From Bdellovibrionales bacterium (GTDB lineage Bacteria; Bdellovibrionota; UBA1018): 64,000 nucleotides of DNA. The translations under genes and the position numbers were made by a program. Positions within the stretch are counted from its first letter, which is position 1, and each line of letters starts with the position of its first letter. Shown here in pieces: positions 1-10,800 of the stretch. The notes under the pieces were generated by a model that was given only the letters and a program-made list of their open reading frames with translations, was not told where the DNA came from and did not search any database. The DNA lies in the NCBI GenBank assembly GCA_016786465.1, contig JAEUWC010000029.1, positions 82,363-146,362 of the forward strand. The letters run 5' to 3'.

Positions 1-792
1 GCGCCTTTTGGAATCACCATGGTGTCGATCCAAAGCGTGCTTCCTTCTTTTGGGATCACGTAGCGAATCTTACCCGATGTGCGCGCACGCGCTTGAAGCG
101 CATCGGTCATGTAGGCATGAGCCGCGACGAAGTCGCCGCTAACCAAAGGTTCCTGGGTTTCGGACGAAAAGGCTTTGATGCGAGGACGCGCGCCCATCAA
201 AAGTTTCTTTGCGATTTCCAGATCAGCTGCGTTCTTTGAATTCAGGCTTTTTCCAGAAGCTTTCAGCGCCGCCGCGATCGTTTCGCGTGAATCGTCCAAG
301 AAAGTGACCTTTCCGGCCAGGTCCTTTCTTTCGAAAAGATCCTTCCAAGAAGTGATCGGTTCTTTCACCGCTTCGCTGTTATAAGCAATTCCTGTCGTGC
401 CCCAGTCAAAGGGAACGGAATATTCGTTCTTCGGATCAAAGCTTTTTCCAAGCCACTTTTTGTCTAGGTTCTTAAAGCCAGGAATTTTTCCAGTTTCAAT
501 CGGCTGCAAAAGCCCAAGCTTGGTCATCACCAAAACCATGTAGTCCGACGGAAAAGCCAAGTCGTACCCACTAGCGCCCGCCTGAAGTTTGGCCAGAAGT
601 TCTTCGTTCGAAGAATAATTCGAAACTTGGACCTTGATTCCCGTTCGCGCTTGAAAAGCAGCTGCCACATCCGGGGTCACGTAATTGGACCAGCTGGCGA
701 CGTGTAAAACTTTTTCGCTAGAGGCTTTCGTGCAACCGGAAGCCACAGCTACGACTAAGGAAAGAACGAGAACAAATGAACGACGCAACATG
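1..792 (-). CDS. Polyamine (spermidine/putrescine) ABC-transporter periplasmic substrate-binding lipoprotein, PotD/PotF family; C-terminal end runs off the window
   Basis: Absent from the ORF track because there is no stop in the window. My minus-strand translation from the ATG (790-792) reads MLRRSFVLVLSLVVAVASGCTKASSEKVLHVASWSNYVTPDVAAAFQARTGIKVQV..., with lipobox ASGC. The N-terminus is PotD-like and the frame stays open to position 1. Confidence 0.6.
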
Positions 793-819
793 GGGACTCT
801 CCGGATCCATTGGGATCAA

Positions 820-2070
820 CTAAGGAATGGTTCTAAAGCCGACGAAAACTTTGCCGCCTGCTGAAACCGAAACGGTTTTCTCCTTCGTCGCAACTGCACC
901 GACGGGATTCAGCAGAACCGTGTGTACGCCTGGATCCACTGTGATCCGCGCGATCTGAAGGTCCTTGGGAAGCAATTGCCACGATCTTAAATCAGCCTGA
1001 TCGGTCGCGGCCATAAAAATCCAAACCAGTGCCGCAAGTCCCGGGCGATCATCATGCATCAACTTATGCGTCACGATTTCACGCGTGACGGCCTTCGCCA
1101 TCTTTTTCGCAATGATCGCGTCATAGTTTTCTTGAAGGTTCTGAATGGCGATCGACTGAACGTCAAAAAGCGGAAAGGTGTCGACTTGGGTATCCTTGCC
1201 ATCCACCTGCACGCGCGCATGCGTCACCGGATTGTATCTAGGTCGAAAAGTCGGAATCGACTGCATATTCGGATGAGGAACCTTCATCGGGCTGATCCCG
1301 TTCTCAAAAAGGACGATGATCTCGGCCTTCTTGTTCTTCGGATGCAACGCCTTGGCTGCGGCCAGGTCTTCCGCCGTTAAATTAAATTTCTTTTCCCAGC
1401 GTTCTAGATCTTCGCGCATTCCGTTTAGCCAAGCCACGCGCCAAAGGTCGCGACCCAACCCAGGTAAGGAATCCGTCAGTTCCAACGTTTTTTTCAAATC
1501 CACGTACGCGCTATTCCAGTCGCGATCGGATTCATAAAGTATCGAAGAAAGATAACGGGCAAAGGCGTTTTGGGTGAATTTGCGTTTTCCTTCATTCACC
1601 ATTCGGTAAAGTTTGCTGTTCACGCGCCTAGCTTCGACCAATGCCCCTTCGCGATCCCCCTTCAACGCATAATCCATCGCCAGGTAGGTCGAAATCATGA
1701 CGTTTTCAAAATCTTCACCCTTGTAGACCTTCATGTTGTCATTGGTGACAAACGCTGCGACTTCTTCGGAAATCTTGGTGTAGTCTTTGACTTCAGCAAA
1801 CCGATCGGCGGCTTGAAAGGCTTTGATGGCTTTATCGAATTCGCCCGCCTGATGGTAAGTTAATCCCAAATCCAAAAGGTAAAGCAGACGGTCGTTGCCG
1901 TTTTCGCCTTCTTCCTTAAGGCCTTCTTCTAAACGTGCAGCGGCTTTACTGTAATCGCCGGATCGAAAGGCTCGGTCTGCTTCTTCATCCAAGACGCGCG
2001 CAGACACACAACCCATCGCCTGGGCACTGAAAACACAGGCCACGACAAGGGTTGAAATTCGTTTGCGCAC
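820..2070 (-). CDS. TPR-like repeat lipoprotein, uncharacterized (COG3014-like)
   Basis: 416-aa ORF with a GTG start. Signal peptide with lipobox SAQAMGC. Helical TPR-like repeats (DYSKAAARLEEGL, YHQAGEFDKAIKAFQ). Lies 16 nt downstream of the LpoB-like gene on the same strand. Confidence 0.55.
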   Translation of the reverse strand: MRKRISTLVVACVFSAQAMGCVSARVLDEEADRAFRSGDYSKAAARLEEGLKEEGENGNDRLLYLLDLGLTYHQAGEFDKAIKAFQAADRFAEVKDYTKISEEVAAFVTNDNMKVYKGEDFENVMISTYLAMDYALKGDREGALVEARRVNSKLYRMVNEGKRKFTQNAFARYLSSILYESDRDWNSAYVDLKKTLELTDSLPGLGRDLWRVAWLNGMREDLERWEKKFNLTAEDLAAAKALHPKNKKAEIIVLFENGISPMKVPHPNMQSIPTFRPRYNPVTHARVQVDGKDTQVDTFPLFDVQSIAIQNLQENYDAIIAKKMAKAVTREIVTHKLMHDDRPGLAALVWIFMAATDQADLRSWQLLPKDLQIARITVDPGVHTVLLNPVGAVATKEKTVSVSAGGKVFVGFRTIP

Positions 2071-2086
2071 GAAGGTCTAGCCGGAA

Positions 2087-2704
2087 TTAAAGATCGACTG
2101 ACTTCTTCAAGAACTTCTTACGAATTTCGCGCTCTTCCGTGCAGTCGATGGTGGACTCTTCCATATTGGTCAAGTTCATCGTCAGCTTGTAGTAAATGAA
2201 TTTTTCTTTGCCGACCTGTTGCACGTTGGTCGCCATGGCGCCCGAAAGGATGTAGTCCGCGCCGATTTGCTTTCCGCGCTTCTTTTGTGAAGGTCCGCTG
2301 ACGTTTCCGCCGGCGTTGTAATCATATTCTTCATCCAAGGTTCCGCGCTCGCCTTTGTTCACAAAGCGAACCTTTCCTGACTTGATCAGGGCGGTACGAA
2401 TCTTGTCAGTCAACGAAACCGTGTCGATGTGTTCTTCGGTTCGGTTTTGAACTTTTTCAACGATCACCACCGGAGGCTTGGGTGCGTTTGCGATGTAAGG
2501 GCACGCGACCATTGCGCGGATGATCGTGTCGGCCATCTGCTGCATGTCGGCTTCATTGTACTTGTCATCCAAAAGTTCGACGCGAGTCGGATCGTCGTAC
2601 TCTCCTTTATGAAATGCTTTTTCGGTCGCGCAACCGGCAAGCGAAAGAGCAACAAGGGACGCAATCAGAATAAAAAAGGTGCTGAACTTTGGATTCGTTT
2701 TCAT
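2087..2704 (-). CDS. LpoB/CsgG-fold-like lipoprotein (possible penicillin-binding-protein activator family)
   Basis: The ATG at 2704 gives MKTNPKFSTFFILIASLVALSLAGC (lipobox). The motif GKQIGADYILSG is typical of LpoB/CsgG-type lipoproteins. The longer TTG-start version (to 2740) adds a non-signal leader. Confidence 0.5.
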   Translation of the reverse strand: MKTNPKFSTFFILIASLVALSLAGCATEKAFHKGEYDDPTRVELLDDKYNEADMQQMADTIIRAMVACPYIANAPKPPVVIVEKVQNRTEEHIDTVSLTDKIRTALIKSGKVRFVNKGERGTLDEEYDYNAGGNVSGPSQKKRGKQIGADYILSGAMATNVQQVGKEKFIYYKLTMNLTNMEESTIDCTEEREIRKKFLKKSVDL

Positions 2705-2784
2705 AAAAAAGGATTCTAAGTGGGCCCCGGGCAAATGCAAGCGGCATTGTTTTATGGCCTAACGCGTGAGATGAGTCGAACGCA

Positions 2785-3741
2785 ATGTCCCAGAAAATTT
2801 CACCCCAAAATCCGCCCAGCCCTAGCCCCGGCAATCATCATCGGGCGCTGGCGGATGTCTTAAAATCCCGCCTGATCTTCGTTACGGGCAAGGGCGGCAC
2901 CGGAAAGTCGGCCGTTTCGCAGGCGATCGCAAGGCATCTGGCAACCCAGGCGGAAGTTCTCGGCTCAGGCACTAAGAAGATTCTTTGGGTGACTTTTGAA
3001 GACCCGACCCTGCCCCCAAACGGTTTGGAAACCATCGCCCAAGGCAAGTTCTACCAGCTTCAAAGATTGAACATCGATTCGATGGCTTCGTTTGAAGAAT
3101 ACATCGGCCTGAAGCTAGGTCTGCCCGCGTTGGCCGGACTTTTTGTGGGAAACAAAGTGATCCGCTACTTGGCGAAGGCTGCCCCCGGGCTTCATGAAAT
3201 GGTGCTTTTGGGAAAACTTTGGCACGAACGAAACCATTACGATCAGATCGTCGCCGACATGCCTTCCAGCGGTTACACGGTGACGATGATTCAAAGCACC
3301 CAGAACTTTTCAAAACTTTTTAGCGGAGGGCCCCTTTCCAAGGACGCGACCGCGATGATCGAAACCTTTTTGGACCCGGTTTGGACCAGCTTCTTAATCG
3401 TGTCCTTGTCTGAAGAAATGCCGCTGGTCGAATCGTTGGAACTTTCAGATCAGCTTCGCAAGATCCTGCCTGGAACCCAGCCGGGACTTTTGGTGAATCG
3501 GATTTACCCGGCCTTGAAAAATCTTGAAGCGTCTTTGGGTGATCCTGCTAGCTGGGAAAGTCCGTTTGCAAAAGACGCGAAGGATTTTTTGGAAAAGAAA
3601 AGAATCTTGGATCAGGTCAACCTTCGTACCTGGCAAGGACGCCAGTATTCGAAGCTTCCTTATGTCGACCCAAGCCAAGGAATCGCGGAAGTTTCGAAAT
3701 CCTTGGCGCAAGAAATTCAATCCCAGGTGGCCACACCATGA
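2785..3741 (+). CDS. ArsA/Get3-family P-loop ATPase, divergent (first of a coupled pair)
   Basis: 318 aa. Deviant Walker A VTGKGGTGKS. Degenerate switch-II-like DMPSSGYT. Its stop overlaps the next start (ATGA at 3738-3741). Confidence 0.7.
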   Translation: MSQKISPQNPPSPSPGNHHRALADVLKSRLIFVTGKGGTGKSAVSQAIARHLATQAEVLGSGTKKILWVTFEDPTLPPNGLETIAQGKFYQLQRLNIDSMASFEEYIGLKLGLPALAGLFVGNKVIRYLAKAAPGLHEMVLLGKLWHERNHYDQIVADMPSSGYTVTMIQSTQNFSKLFSGGPLSKDATAMIETFLDPVWTSFLIVSLSEEMPLVESLELSDQLRKILPGTQPGLLVNRIYPALKNLEASLGDPASWESPFAKDAKDFLEKKRILDQVNLRTWQGRQYSKLPYVDPSQGIAEVSKSLAQEIQSQVATP

Positions 3742-4823
3742 TCAATGATCTTTTAAAATCCAAGAAAGTCGTGATCGTTTGTGGAACTGGTGGAGTTGGC
3801 AAGACCACCTTAAGCGCAGCTTTAGCAATCCAAGGCGCGCGCCTGGGAAAGAACACCCTGGTCATCACCATGGACCCAGCCAAGCGCCTGGCCACAAGCC
3901 TGGGCCTAGACGCTGCGTCTGATTCCGCCCAGGGCGAATCCGCGCTACTGGGGGATGAACCGCTGGATTTGACGGACCGATTGAAGGCCATCGATCCGAC
4001 GATTCCCGGAAGCCTTCATGCCATCATGCCGGATACGCGAAGTTCTTTTGAAAGATTCTTTAAGACACTTTCTCCTCATCCGGAGAAAGTGGATCGACTG
4101 ATTCAAAGCCCCTTATTTGAAAGTTTTGCCAAAGAATTTTCCGGCACAAACGAATACATGGCGATGAAGCGGCTTTACCTTTTGAACGAATCGGGTCGCT
4201 ATGACCTGATCATTTTGGATACCCCGCCCAGCCGAAACACCTTGGGTTTCTTGGATGCTCCAAAAATCCTAAGCCGCCTTTTTGAAGAAAAGCTGATTCA
4301 GTGGCTGGTGATTCCGGCCAATAAAATCCTGGCCGTCGGGATGAGAAAAGTCATGGGGCTGCTTGAAAAACTAACGGGCTCGAACTTCATGACCGAACTG
4401 ATGTCGTTCGCACAGTCGCTTTTTGAAGTCCGGTTCGCGTTTACCGAAAACCTGAAACGAGTGATCGCGCTTTTGGAATCCAAAGACGTGGGGTTTGTCC
4501 TGGCCATGAACTTAACCCCCGATAGCTGGGCAGAAATCGAACATTTTGTGGAATCTGTTCGCCTGCACCGATTTCGTTTTGAAGGGGTCTTGATCAATCG
4601 ATCGATCGGCGATCTTGCGATGTCCAAAAACCCCGAAAACGATCCCGGTCTGGATTTGATTCAAAAGCTTCAGGATCGGGAAAAGTCATCCATGGATCAG
4701 ATTCGAAGCAAACTAGGAGACCAGGTGCTGGCGCGCCTGCCGGAATTGGCACGGGATGTTCATTCGATCGGGGATTTGATGCGAATTTCCGTTGCGATGC
4801 AGGGGCAATCAAAGACAAACTAG
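3738..4823 (+). CDS. ArsA/Get3-family P-loop ATPase (second of a coupled pair)
   Basis: 361 aa. Walker A CGTGGVGKTT and ILDTPPSRNTLGFLD. Confidence 0.75.
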   Translation: MINDLLKSKKVVIVCGTGGVGKTTLSAALAIQGARLGKNTLVITMDPAKRLATSLGLDAASDSAQGESALLGDEPLDLTDRLKAIDPTIPGSLHAIMPDTRSSFERFFKTLSPHPEKVDRLIQSPLFESFAKEFSGTNEYMAMKRLYLLNESGRYDLIILDTPPSRNTLGFLDAPKILSRLFEEKLIQWLVIPANKILAVGMRKVMGLLEKLTGSNFMTELMSFAQSLFEVRFAFTENLKRVIALLESKDVGFVLAMNLTPDSWAEIEHFVESVRLHRFRFEGVLINRSIGDLAMSKNPENDPGLDLIQKLQDREKSSMDQIRSKLGDQVLARLPELARDVHSIGDLMRISVAMQGQSKTN

Positions 4824-4828
4824 GCAAG

Positions 4829-6319
4829 ATGGCTTCGCTATCTGCAATCATCATTTGTCTGCTGACTGGACTGTCCGCCGCGACCGAATCGCCGGCGCCG
4901 TCGCCCTCGACGACAACTGTTGCCCCAGGTCCAGGCGATCCCGGATTTGACGAAAACCGAAAAGTTTTTCCCGCCATCGAACCTCGCGAACCCAAAGCGA
5001 AGGTCGACATGGCGACGGAAGCTTCCCAAAAAGCGAAAGCCAAAAAAAGCCCCAAGAAGAAACCTAAACCCAAAAGCACACTTCTTCCCGATCCTGTTCC
5101 AAGAACCGCATGGGGTTCGACTTCGAATACTGAAGCCGATCTTCTTTGGACCGACGCACGCCAGTCTTTTGAAGCAAGTCGTTTTGAAGATGCGTTTGGG
5201 AAATTCAAAAGGCTTCAGGACCGTTATCCGGGCTATTCCTTTTATTCTCTACTTCCGTTTTGGATCGGAGAAACGGCGCTTCGACTGGAGGATTGGGAAT
5301 TTGCCAGAAAGCAGCTTCGCGCCTTCATTTTGAATGAACCCAATTCCAAAGCTTCCCTTTCGGCGCGCTTCGAACTTTCCCGTGTCTTTGTCGCAAAAAA
5401 GCAGCTGAACGATGCGTACCTGACTTCGATCGAAATTCTGAACGCGTTGAAAAAGGTAAAACTCAAAGAAGGCGACCCCGCCTTTGAAGCGGCCGCCCTT
5501 TTGATCCGCGCAGAAGGATTAATGGCCGTGAACGATTGGCGTCGCGCTGATCTTTCCGTGCAAAGCGCATTGAAAGTGATGCCAAAGCCAGTCGTGATTG
5601 ATCCTTCGACGGCCACAGCCAGCCCTTCGCCCGAACCCTGCCCTTCCCCTTCGCCGACACCTTCTTTCACAGGACTGGTTGACCCGACCAATCCCACTGC
5701 GGTTGCACCCAGCCCCGAAGACGCAGTGCCCGCTCAGCCCGAAGCATCGCCATCGCCAAGCGAAACGCCCGCGCCGCCTTTGCCGATGATCCCAGAACTT
5801 TCGATCGAATCGCTTCGCATTCGAGCCAGCCTGATTGCGCTAAGGATCGCGATCCATGGATGCGAACGCTACCCCACCGGAAAACGTTTGGCCGAAGACC
5901 AGGTTTTGGACCAATTGGATCGTCGCGGCGACTGTTTGATTCAGGCCTTTGGAAAAGTTCGCGACGGGCTTCGAGTCAAAATCGAATCGCGACTGGAAGA
6001 AACCCCGCAGAAGATTCTGATCGCGGCCGTGGATCGGATCTCGGGCGAACTTTTAGACACGTATCAAGAAGCGTGGGCCCGCTACTTCCTGGTTTCAGAT
6101 CGGCCTCCGGATCCGATCAAGCCGCGCACCCAGCAGCAGCTGAACCAATACCGTTTCGAATTATCTGACAAGTTGCTGCAACGCGCGCACTTGAAAAGAC
6201 TGCAATGGGTCGATCTAGCGAAGCCTATGACGTCTTCCGATGAAGGCCTTTCCGAAACCCGGGTTCGTCAGGTAAGAACGCTACTTCGGAGCATCGAAAA
6301 AATGGGCCGGGCCCAGTAG
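4829..6319 (+). CDS. Secreted TPR/YbgF-like repeat protein with Pro/Ser/Lys-rich low-complexity linkers
   Basis: 496 aa, starting 5 nt after the ArsA-like gene. N-terminal hydrophobic signal. Lys-rich tract KAKAKKSPKKKPKPKS. TPR-like helices and a PSPSPEPCPSPSPTPS linker. Confidence 0.5.
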   Translation: MASLSAIIICLLTGLSAATESPAPSPSTTTVAPGPGDPGFDENRKVFPAIEPREPKAKVDMATEASQKAKAKKSPKKKPKPKSTLLPDPVPRTAWGSTSNTEADLLWTDARQSFEASRFEDAFGKFKRLQDRYPGYSFYSLLPFWIGETALRLEDWEFARKQLRAFILNEPNSKASLSARFELSRVFVAKKQLNDAYLTSIEILNALKKVKLKEGDPAFEAAALLIRAEGLMAVNDWRRADLSVQSALKVMPKPVVIDPSTATASPSPEPCPSPSPTPSFTGLVDPTNPTAVAPSPEDAVPAQPEASPSPSETPAPPLPMIPELSIESLRIRASLIALRIAIHGCERYPTGKRLAEDQVLDQLDRRGDCLIQAFGKVRDGLRVKIESRLEETPQKILIAAVDRISGELLDTYQEAWARYFLVSDRPPDPIKPRTQQQLNQYRFELSDKLLQRAHLKRLQWVDLAKPMTSSDEGLSETRVRQVRTLLRSIEKMGRAQ

Positions 6320-6348
6320 ATCTGGCCGCCCTCAACTTGTGAATCAAA

Positions 6349-7710
6349 ATGAATCAAACGAAGCGCCTGATCGCTCAGGGCATTCAAAAGAATCGTCGTC
6401 GCCTTTGGGATTGGCATCTGGAACTTGCCGCAAAGATGCCGCCTGCTTTCTATTGTTCAGTCGATCTTCGCGATTCTGGAAACAAGATCGTTCCCGTCGA
6501 CAGCAACCTTTTTCCGGCGGGATTCAATAACGTCTGCCCCGAAGATCAACGAACTGCCCCGCCGATTGCCCGCGCAAATATTGAAGCCTTGATGGCTAGG
6601 ATGAATCGACCTGAGGCCAAACGGATTTTGATCATCCCGGAATCCCACACTTCGAATCTTTATTACTGGGAAAATGCCCACGCACTTTCTTCGATACTTT
6701 CCAACGCCGGTTATGAAGTCCGTTTTGGCTGGTACGGTCAGCCCCCGATGCCGGCCACGGGACCGGATGGCGAATTCAAATTAAAAACAGTCACCGAAAA
6801 AGAAGTCGCGATCCACAGTTTTGAAATCAAAGATGGCGACGTCATGTCGGGAAGTTTTCGCCCGGATCTGGTTTTATTGAATAATGATTTTTCGTCGGGG
6901 TACCCAAAAATCTTGGATGGGGTCTGCCAACCCGTCGTTCCCAGCCATCGATTGGGCTGGCATTCCCGTAAGAAATCCGATCATTTTCTGCACTACAATC
7001 GACTGGCGCGGGAATTCGCCGAAATCATTGGCATCGACCCGTGGACGGTGACCATCGACACCGAAGAATCGGGGCCCGTGAATTTCAACGAAGAAAAAGG
7101 GATCGATCAGGTCGCCAACCAAGTTGAAAAAATGCTGGCGCGTCTAACCACAGAATACGCGGCAAGAAAGATCAATCGGAAGCCGTTTGTTTTCGTGAAA
7201 AATAATTCGGGAACTTACGGGATGGGGATCATGGTGGTTCACGACGCCAATGAACTTCGAGAAATGAACCGAAGAACAAAAAACAAAATGAGCGTCGGGA
7301 AGAATCGACTGCCCATCGAAAGTGTCGCTATTCAAGAAGGCGTGCCGACTGCGACGTTGGTCGATCGACTGCCGGCTGAACCCGTGATCTATCTTTTTGG
7401 TTACGAAACCATCGGTGGATTTCTGCGCACCAATTCTGAACGCGGGGATGAAGATAATTTGAATTCTCAGGGGATGGTTTTTCGAAAACTGTGCATGACG
7501 GACTTGCGAAGACCGCTGGCCGAAGACCCTTGGGCCAACCAGGATTCGTCAAAAGCCCTGGAAACCGCAAACCCTGGGGCTGACACCGCCGATGCGGACG
7601 AACCCGAACCGGTTTTGGAACTGGTTTATGGTTCCATTGCGCGACTTTCGGCACTGGCCACAGCGCTAGAAATTCAAGCTTCCGGTACTCCAATTGCCGA
7701 ATGTCATTAA
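6349..7710 (+). CDS. gshA: Glutamate--cysteine ligase, rare T. ferrooxidans-type (GshA, PF08886-like)
   Basis: 453 aa. The N-terminal block SVDLRDSGNKIVPVDSNLFPAGFNNV matches my recollection of this family signature. ATP-grasp-like FVFVKNNSGTYGMGIMVV is also present. Confidence 0.5.
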   Translation: MNQTKRLIAQGIQKNRRRLWDWHLELAAKMPPAFYCSVDLRDSGNKIVPVDSNLFPAGFNNVCPEDQRTAPPIARANIEALMARMNRPEAKRILIIPESHTSNLYYWENAHALSSILSNAGYEVRFGWYGQPPMPATGPDGEFKLKTVTEKEVAIHSFEIKDGDVMSGSFRPDLVLLNNDFSSGYPKILDGVCQPVVPSHRLGWHSRKKSDHFLHYNRLAREFAEIIGIDPWTVTIDTEESGPVNFNEEKGIDQVANQVEKMLARLTTEYAARKINRKPFVFVKNNSGTYGMGIMVVHDANELREMNRRTKNKMSVGKNRLPIESVAIQEGVPTATLVDRLPAEPVIYLFGYETIGGFLRTNSERGDEDNLNSQGMVFRKLCMTDLRRPLAEDPWANQDSSKALETANPGADTADADEPEPVLELVYGSIARLSALATALEIQASGTPIAECH

Positions 7711-7734
7711 GATTTCCTAACTTTTGACCGATAA
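7708..7734 (+). promoter_or_regulatory. Sigma28 (FliA)-type promoter upstream of the Ig-repeat lipoprotein gene
   Basis: TAAGATTT (7708-7715), an 11-nt spacer, then ACCGATAA (7727-7734). The enterobacterial consensus is TAAAGTTT-N11-GCCGATAA, giving 6/8 and 7/8 matches with exact spacing. Lies about 95 nt upstream of the ATG at 7830. Confidence 0.5.
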
Positions 7735-7829
7735 ATCTCTAGTATTTCCAGAATTGTGCCCTGTTTTTAAAGGGTTATAATCTTGGCTGGTTTTTGACAA
7801 ATTAAGTCAACTTTTAATACAATAGGGAT

Positions 7830-10800
7830 ATGGGGAACTTGGGACTGTACCAATTCAAACGGGGCATTTTGGCAGCGTCGGCACTGGCCGTCTTGACTGC
7901 CTGCGGCAGCTTCAACAACCCCATCCGCGGCAGTAGCAGCGCGATTACGATTTCAAGCGAGACACTCACTGCCCCGATTTATTCGCCCTTTACTGGCCCA
8001 ATTCCGTCGATTCCTTCAAATAAAATCGGGGAACCAACGACCTATTCGATTACTCCAGCGCTGCCCAGCGGGTTGTTCCTGATTGCCTCAACCGGTCAGA
8101 TCCTTGGAACCCCGTTTGTGAACTCGGCTTTGGCAGAATATGAACTTACGGCGAAATTCGGCCCAATCACCGTAACCAAAACCATCAGTATCGAGGTCAC
8201 CGGCACAACCGGGGCTCCCACTTCGCTTGACTACAATAGCGGAACGTACCCCTTCAATCTTGCACGTGGACAATCTTATAACTTTTCTCCGTCGGTGACT
8301 GGTGGAACTCCAAGCACCTACGACCTCTTGGCAGGTACGCTTCCGGCAGGACTGACCTTGAATTCCTCGACAGGAGTTATTTCCGGAACTCCTACAACTC
8401 TGAACACTCCTGGGGGCGTAACGATTACCGTTAACGCCAGAAATCCCGTCGGATCGGCGCTGCGAACATTCAATATCTACGTTGCCCAAGCAGCCCCAGT
8501 CATTTCGTCTTACACGATTCAAAATGCCACTGGCGGCTCGGTTTATCAGCGCGGCACCGCGATTTCGACCAACAGCCCGACCATTGCAGATCCCGTTAAC
8601 GGACCTGCCGACAGCTTTGCGATCGTACCGGTTGCCGCGGCACCTGCCTTTGCAAGCCTTGGGCTGACCTTTGACACGGTCAATGGACAGATCACCGGCA
8701 ACCCATCAGTCGCAACTCCAACCAGTGGCGGTTACCAGTACGACATCACAGCAACAAACGCCGGCGGCACCAGCGCAGCTTATCGAATCACGGTTGCAAT
8801 CAAGGACCCTCCAATTACTGCGTTTTCCTATCCGGGTTGGCAGACGGCCGAACCAGTTGGAATGCCGATTTCGCCGAACCTAACAGCTTCCGTTACTGGC
8901 GGTGGCGCAACAAACACGTTTTCAGTGACCGGTGGGCCGCCAACGTTTCCGCTTTCCTTAAATACTTCAACCGGCGAGATCTCCGGCACACCTGGATCCA
9001 TGCAGGCTGCGACGAACTATACCTTTTGCGCCACCAACTGGGGAATGGCCGTTCCGGTCTGCACATCAGCCCTTTCACTTGAAGTTCAAGACGGTCCGCC
9101 CGCAACGGTTTCGTACACCGATCGCAGCGGCGGAACTTCGTTGATTCACGGAAGCACTTATTCGTTGATGCCAACGGTAACGGGCGGCGCGCCGACTTCT
9201 TGGTCCATTACCGGAAATTCGGGAGCTCCGGCCGTGACGACCTATGGATTGGCTTTCAACACCACCACCGGTGAAGTTTCCGGCACCGTGAACGCCGTGA
9301 CTTCTCCGACGGTGAATTGCTACACCGTCACTGGAACCAACGGCTGGGGATCGGCATCTGATACCAACTTCTGTTTGGAAACCCGCGCGGTGGCACCAAC
9401 ACTGCTCAGCTATACCAACAACGGCCCAGTGACTTACACCGTGGGGAACGCAATTTCGAACACCGTGAATTCGACGGCCCCGCAGTTGGGTGGACCCGGA
9501 AACGTTTTTGCGATTCAGTCAGGTGGACCCCTTCCTGCCGGAATGAATGCCTACAACACTACCAACGGCGACATTTCGGGAACGCCGACTGCGCTTCGTT
9601 GGCCGGCATCAAACCTGGTTCTTCAAGTGACCAATTCATCAGGAACCGTTGTGACCCGTACGATCAGCATGGCGGTTCAAGATCGGGCACCAGGTGCGTT
9701 CACTTACACGCCATCAGCTTCTTACAATCGCTACTACGCATTCACGCTTGCGCACGCCGGCCACAGTGCGCCGACGTCGCTTTCCACACTGACCTATTCG
9801 ATTTCACCTTCGTCGCCGACTTCGCTTGCCACCTTGACGGCAGCAGGAATCAGCCTAAACACAACTAACGGAACGATTTCGGCGGTGGCGGGCGGTGCGA
9901 CCGCAGCAGCCAGCTACAACATCATCGTTCGGGCAACTCCAGCCAGCGCTTCCGGCGTCTTCACGGATTCAAACACTTTCACCGTGAACATCGTTAATTC
10001 TGCCGCAGATTTGGCTTTTGTGACAACGGGACAAACCCCAAACCCACAAGTCAACCCCACCAACTTTGGAACTTCGGCAACCAACGTTGTGATGACGTTT
10101 GCGATTCGTAACCGCGCCGCCAACAGCACCGGCCCGCTGACCATCACCTTGGACCGAACCGGAGGCACAGAATCCACTTTCTACACCATCACCGGTGGAA
10201 CCTGCGTGACTCTGGGCAGCTGTTCAAACACGGGAACGGGCATGACCTGCCCTGGACCTGCACTGGCTTACAGCGGTCCAGGCACGGCATATTCGCCGAC
10301 TTGTACTGTTCAAGTCACGGGTAACTTTGCTTCAGTCGGCATCACTTCTGGAACCAAGACGGCGAACCTAACGGTCACACCAACGACGGGAACGGCTGCG
10401 ACTTACGGCGTGACCGGCGTCACGGCTTACACCTGGACTGCGGTTCCGGGCTATGCGGCTTCGGGAAGCTTCAACACCACGGTCGTTCCATCCGGAGCCT
10501 GTTCCGTTCAAAGCGCAACGACGCTTTATAAGTTTGCGGATGCTCCGGCAGGAACCCAAGAACAATTGAGCAAGAACGCAGCGAACGACGCCATCTGCAG
10601 CGGAAGCCCAGACGGCACGAATTACTATCAACGCATGGGTTTCATTCGCCAGTGCGGAACTTCGACACCGACCTATGCAGGTTCAACCACGGGTTCGACT
10701 TGCAGAAACTGCACAGGACCCGGCGAACCGGGATGTCTTGCTTCACTTTGGACCAACTGGAACACGGGATCCCCGCAATTCGACGATACCGAATGCGACA

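Noticed and set aside
2705-2740. TTG-start extension of the LpoB-like ORF
   Set aside because: It adds 12 residues ahead of a perfect lipoprotein signal peptide. The ATG at 2704 is the more plausible start.
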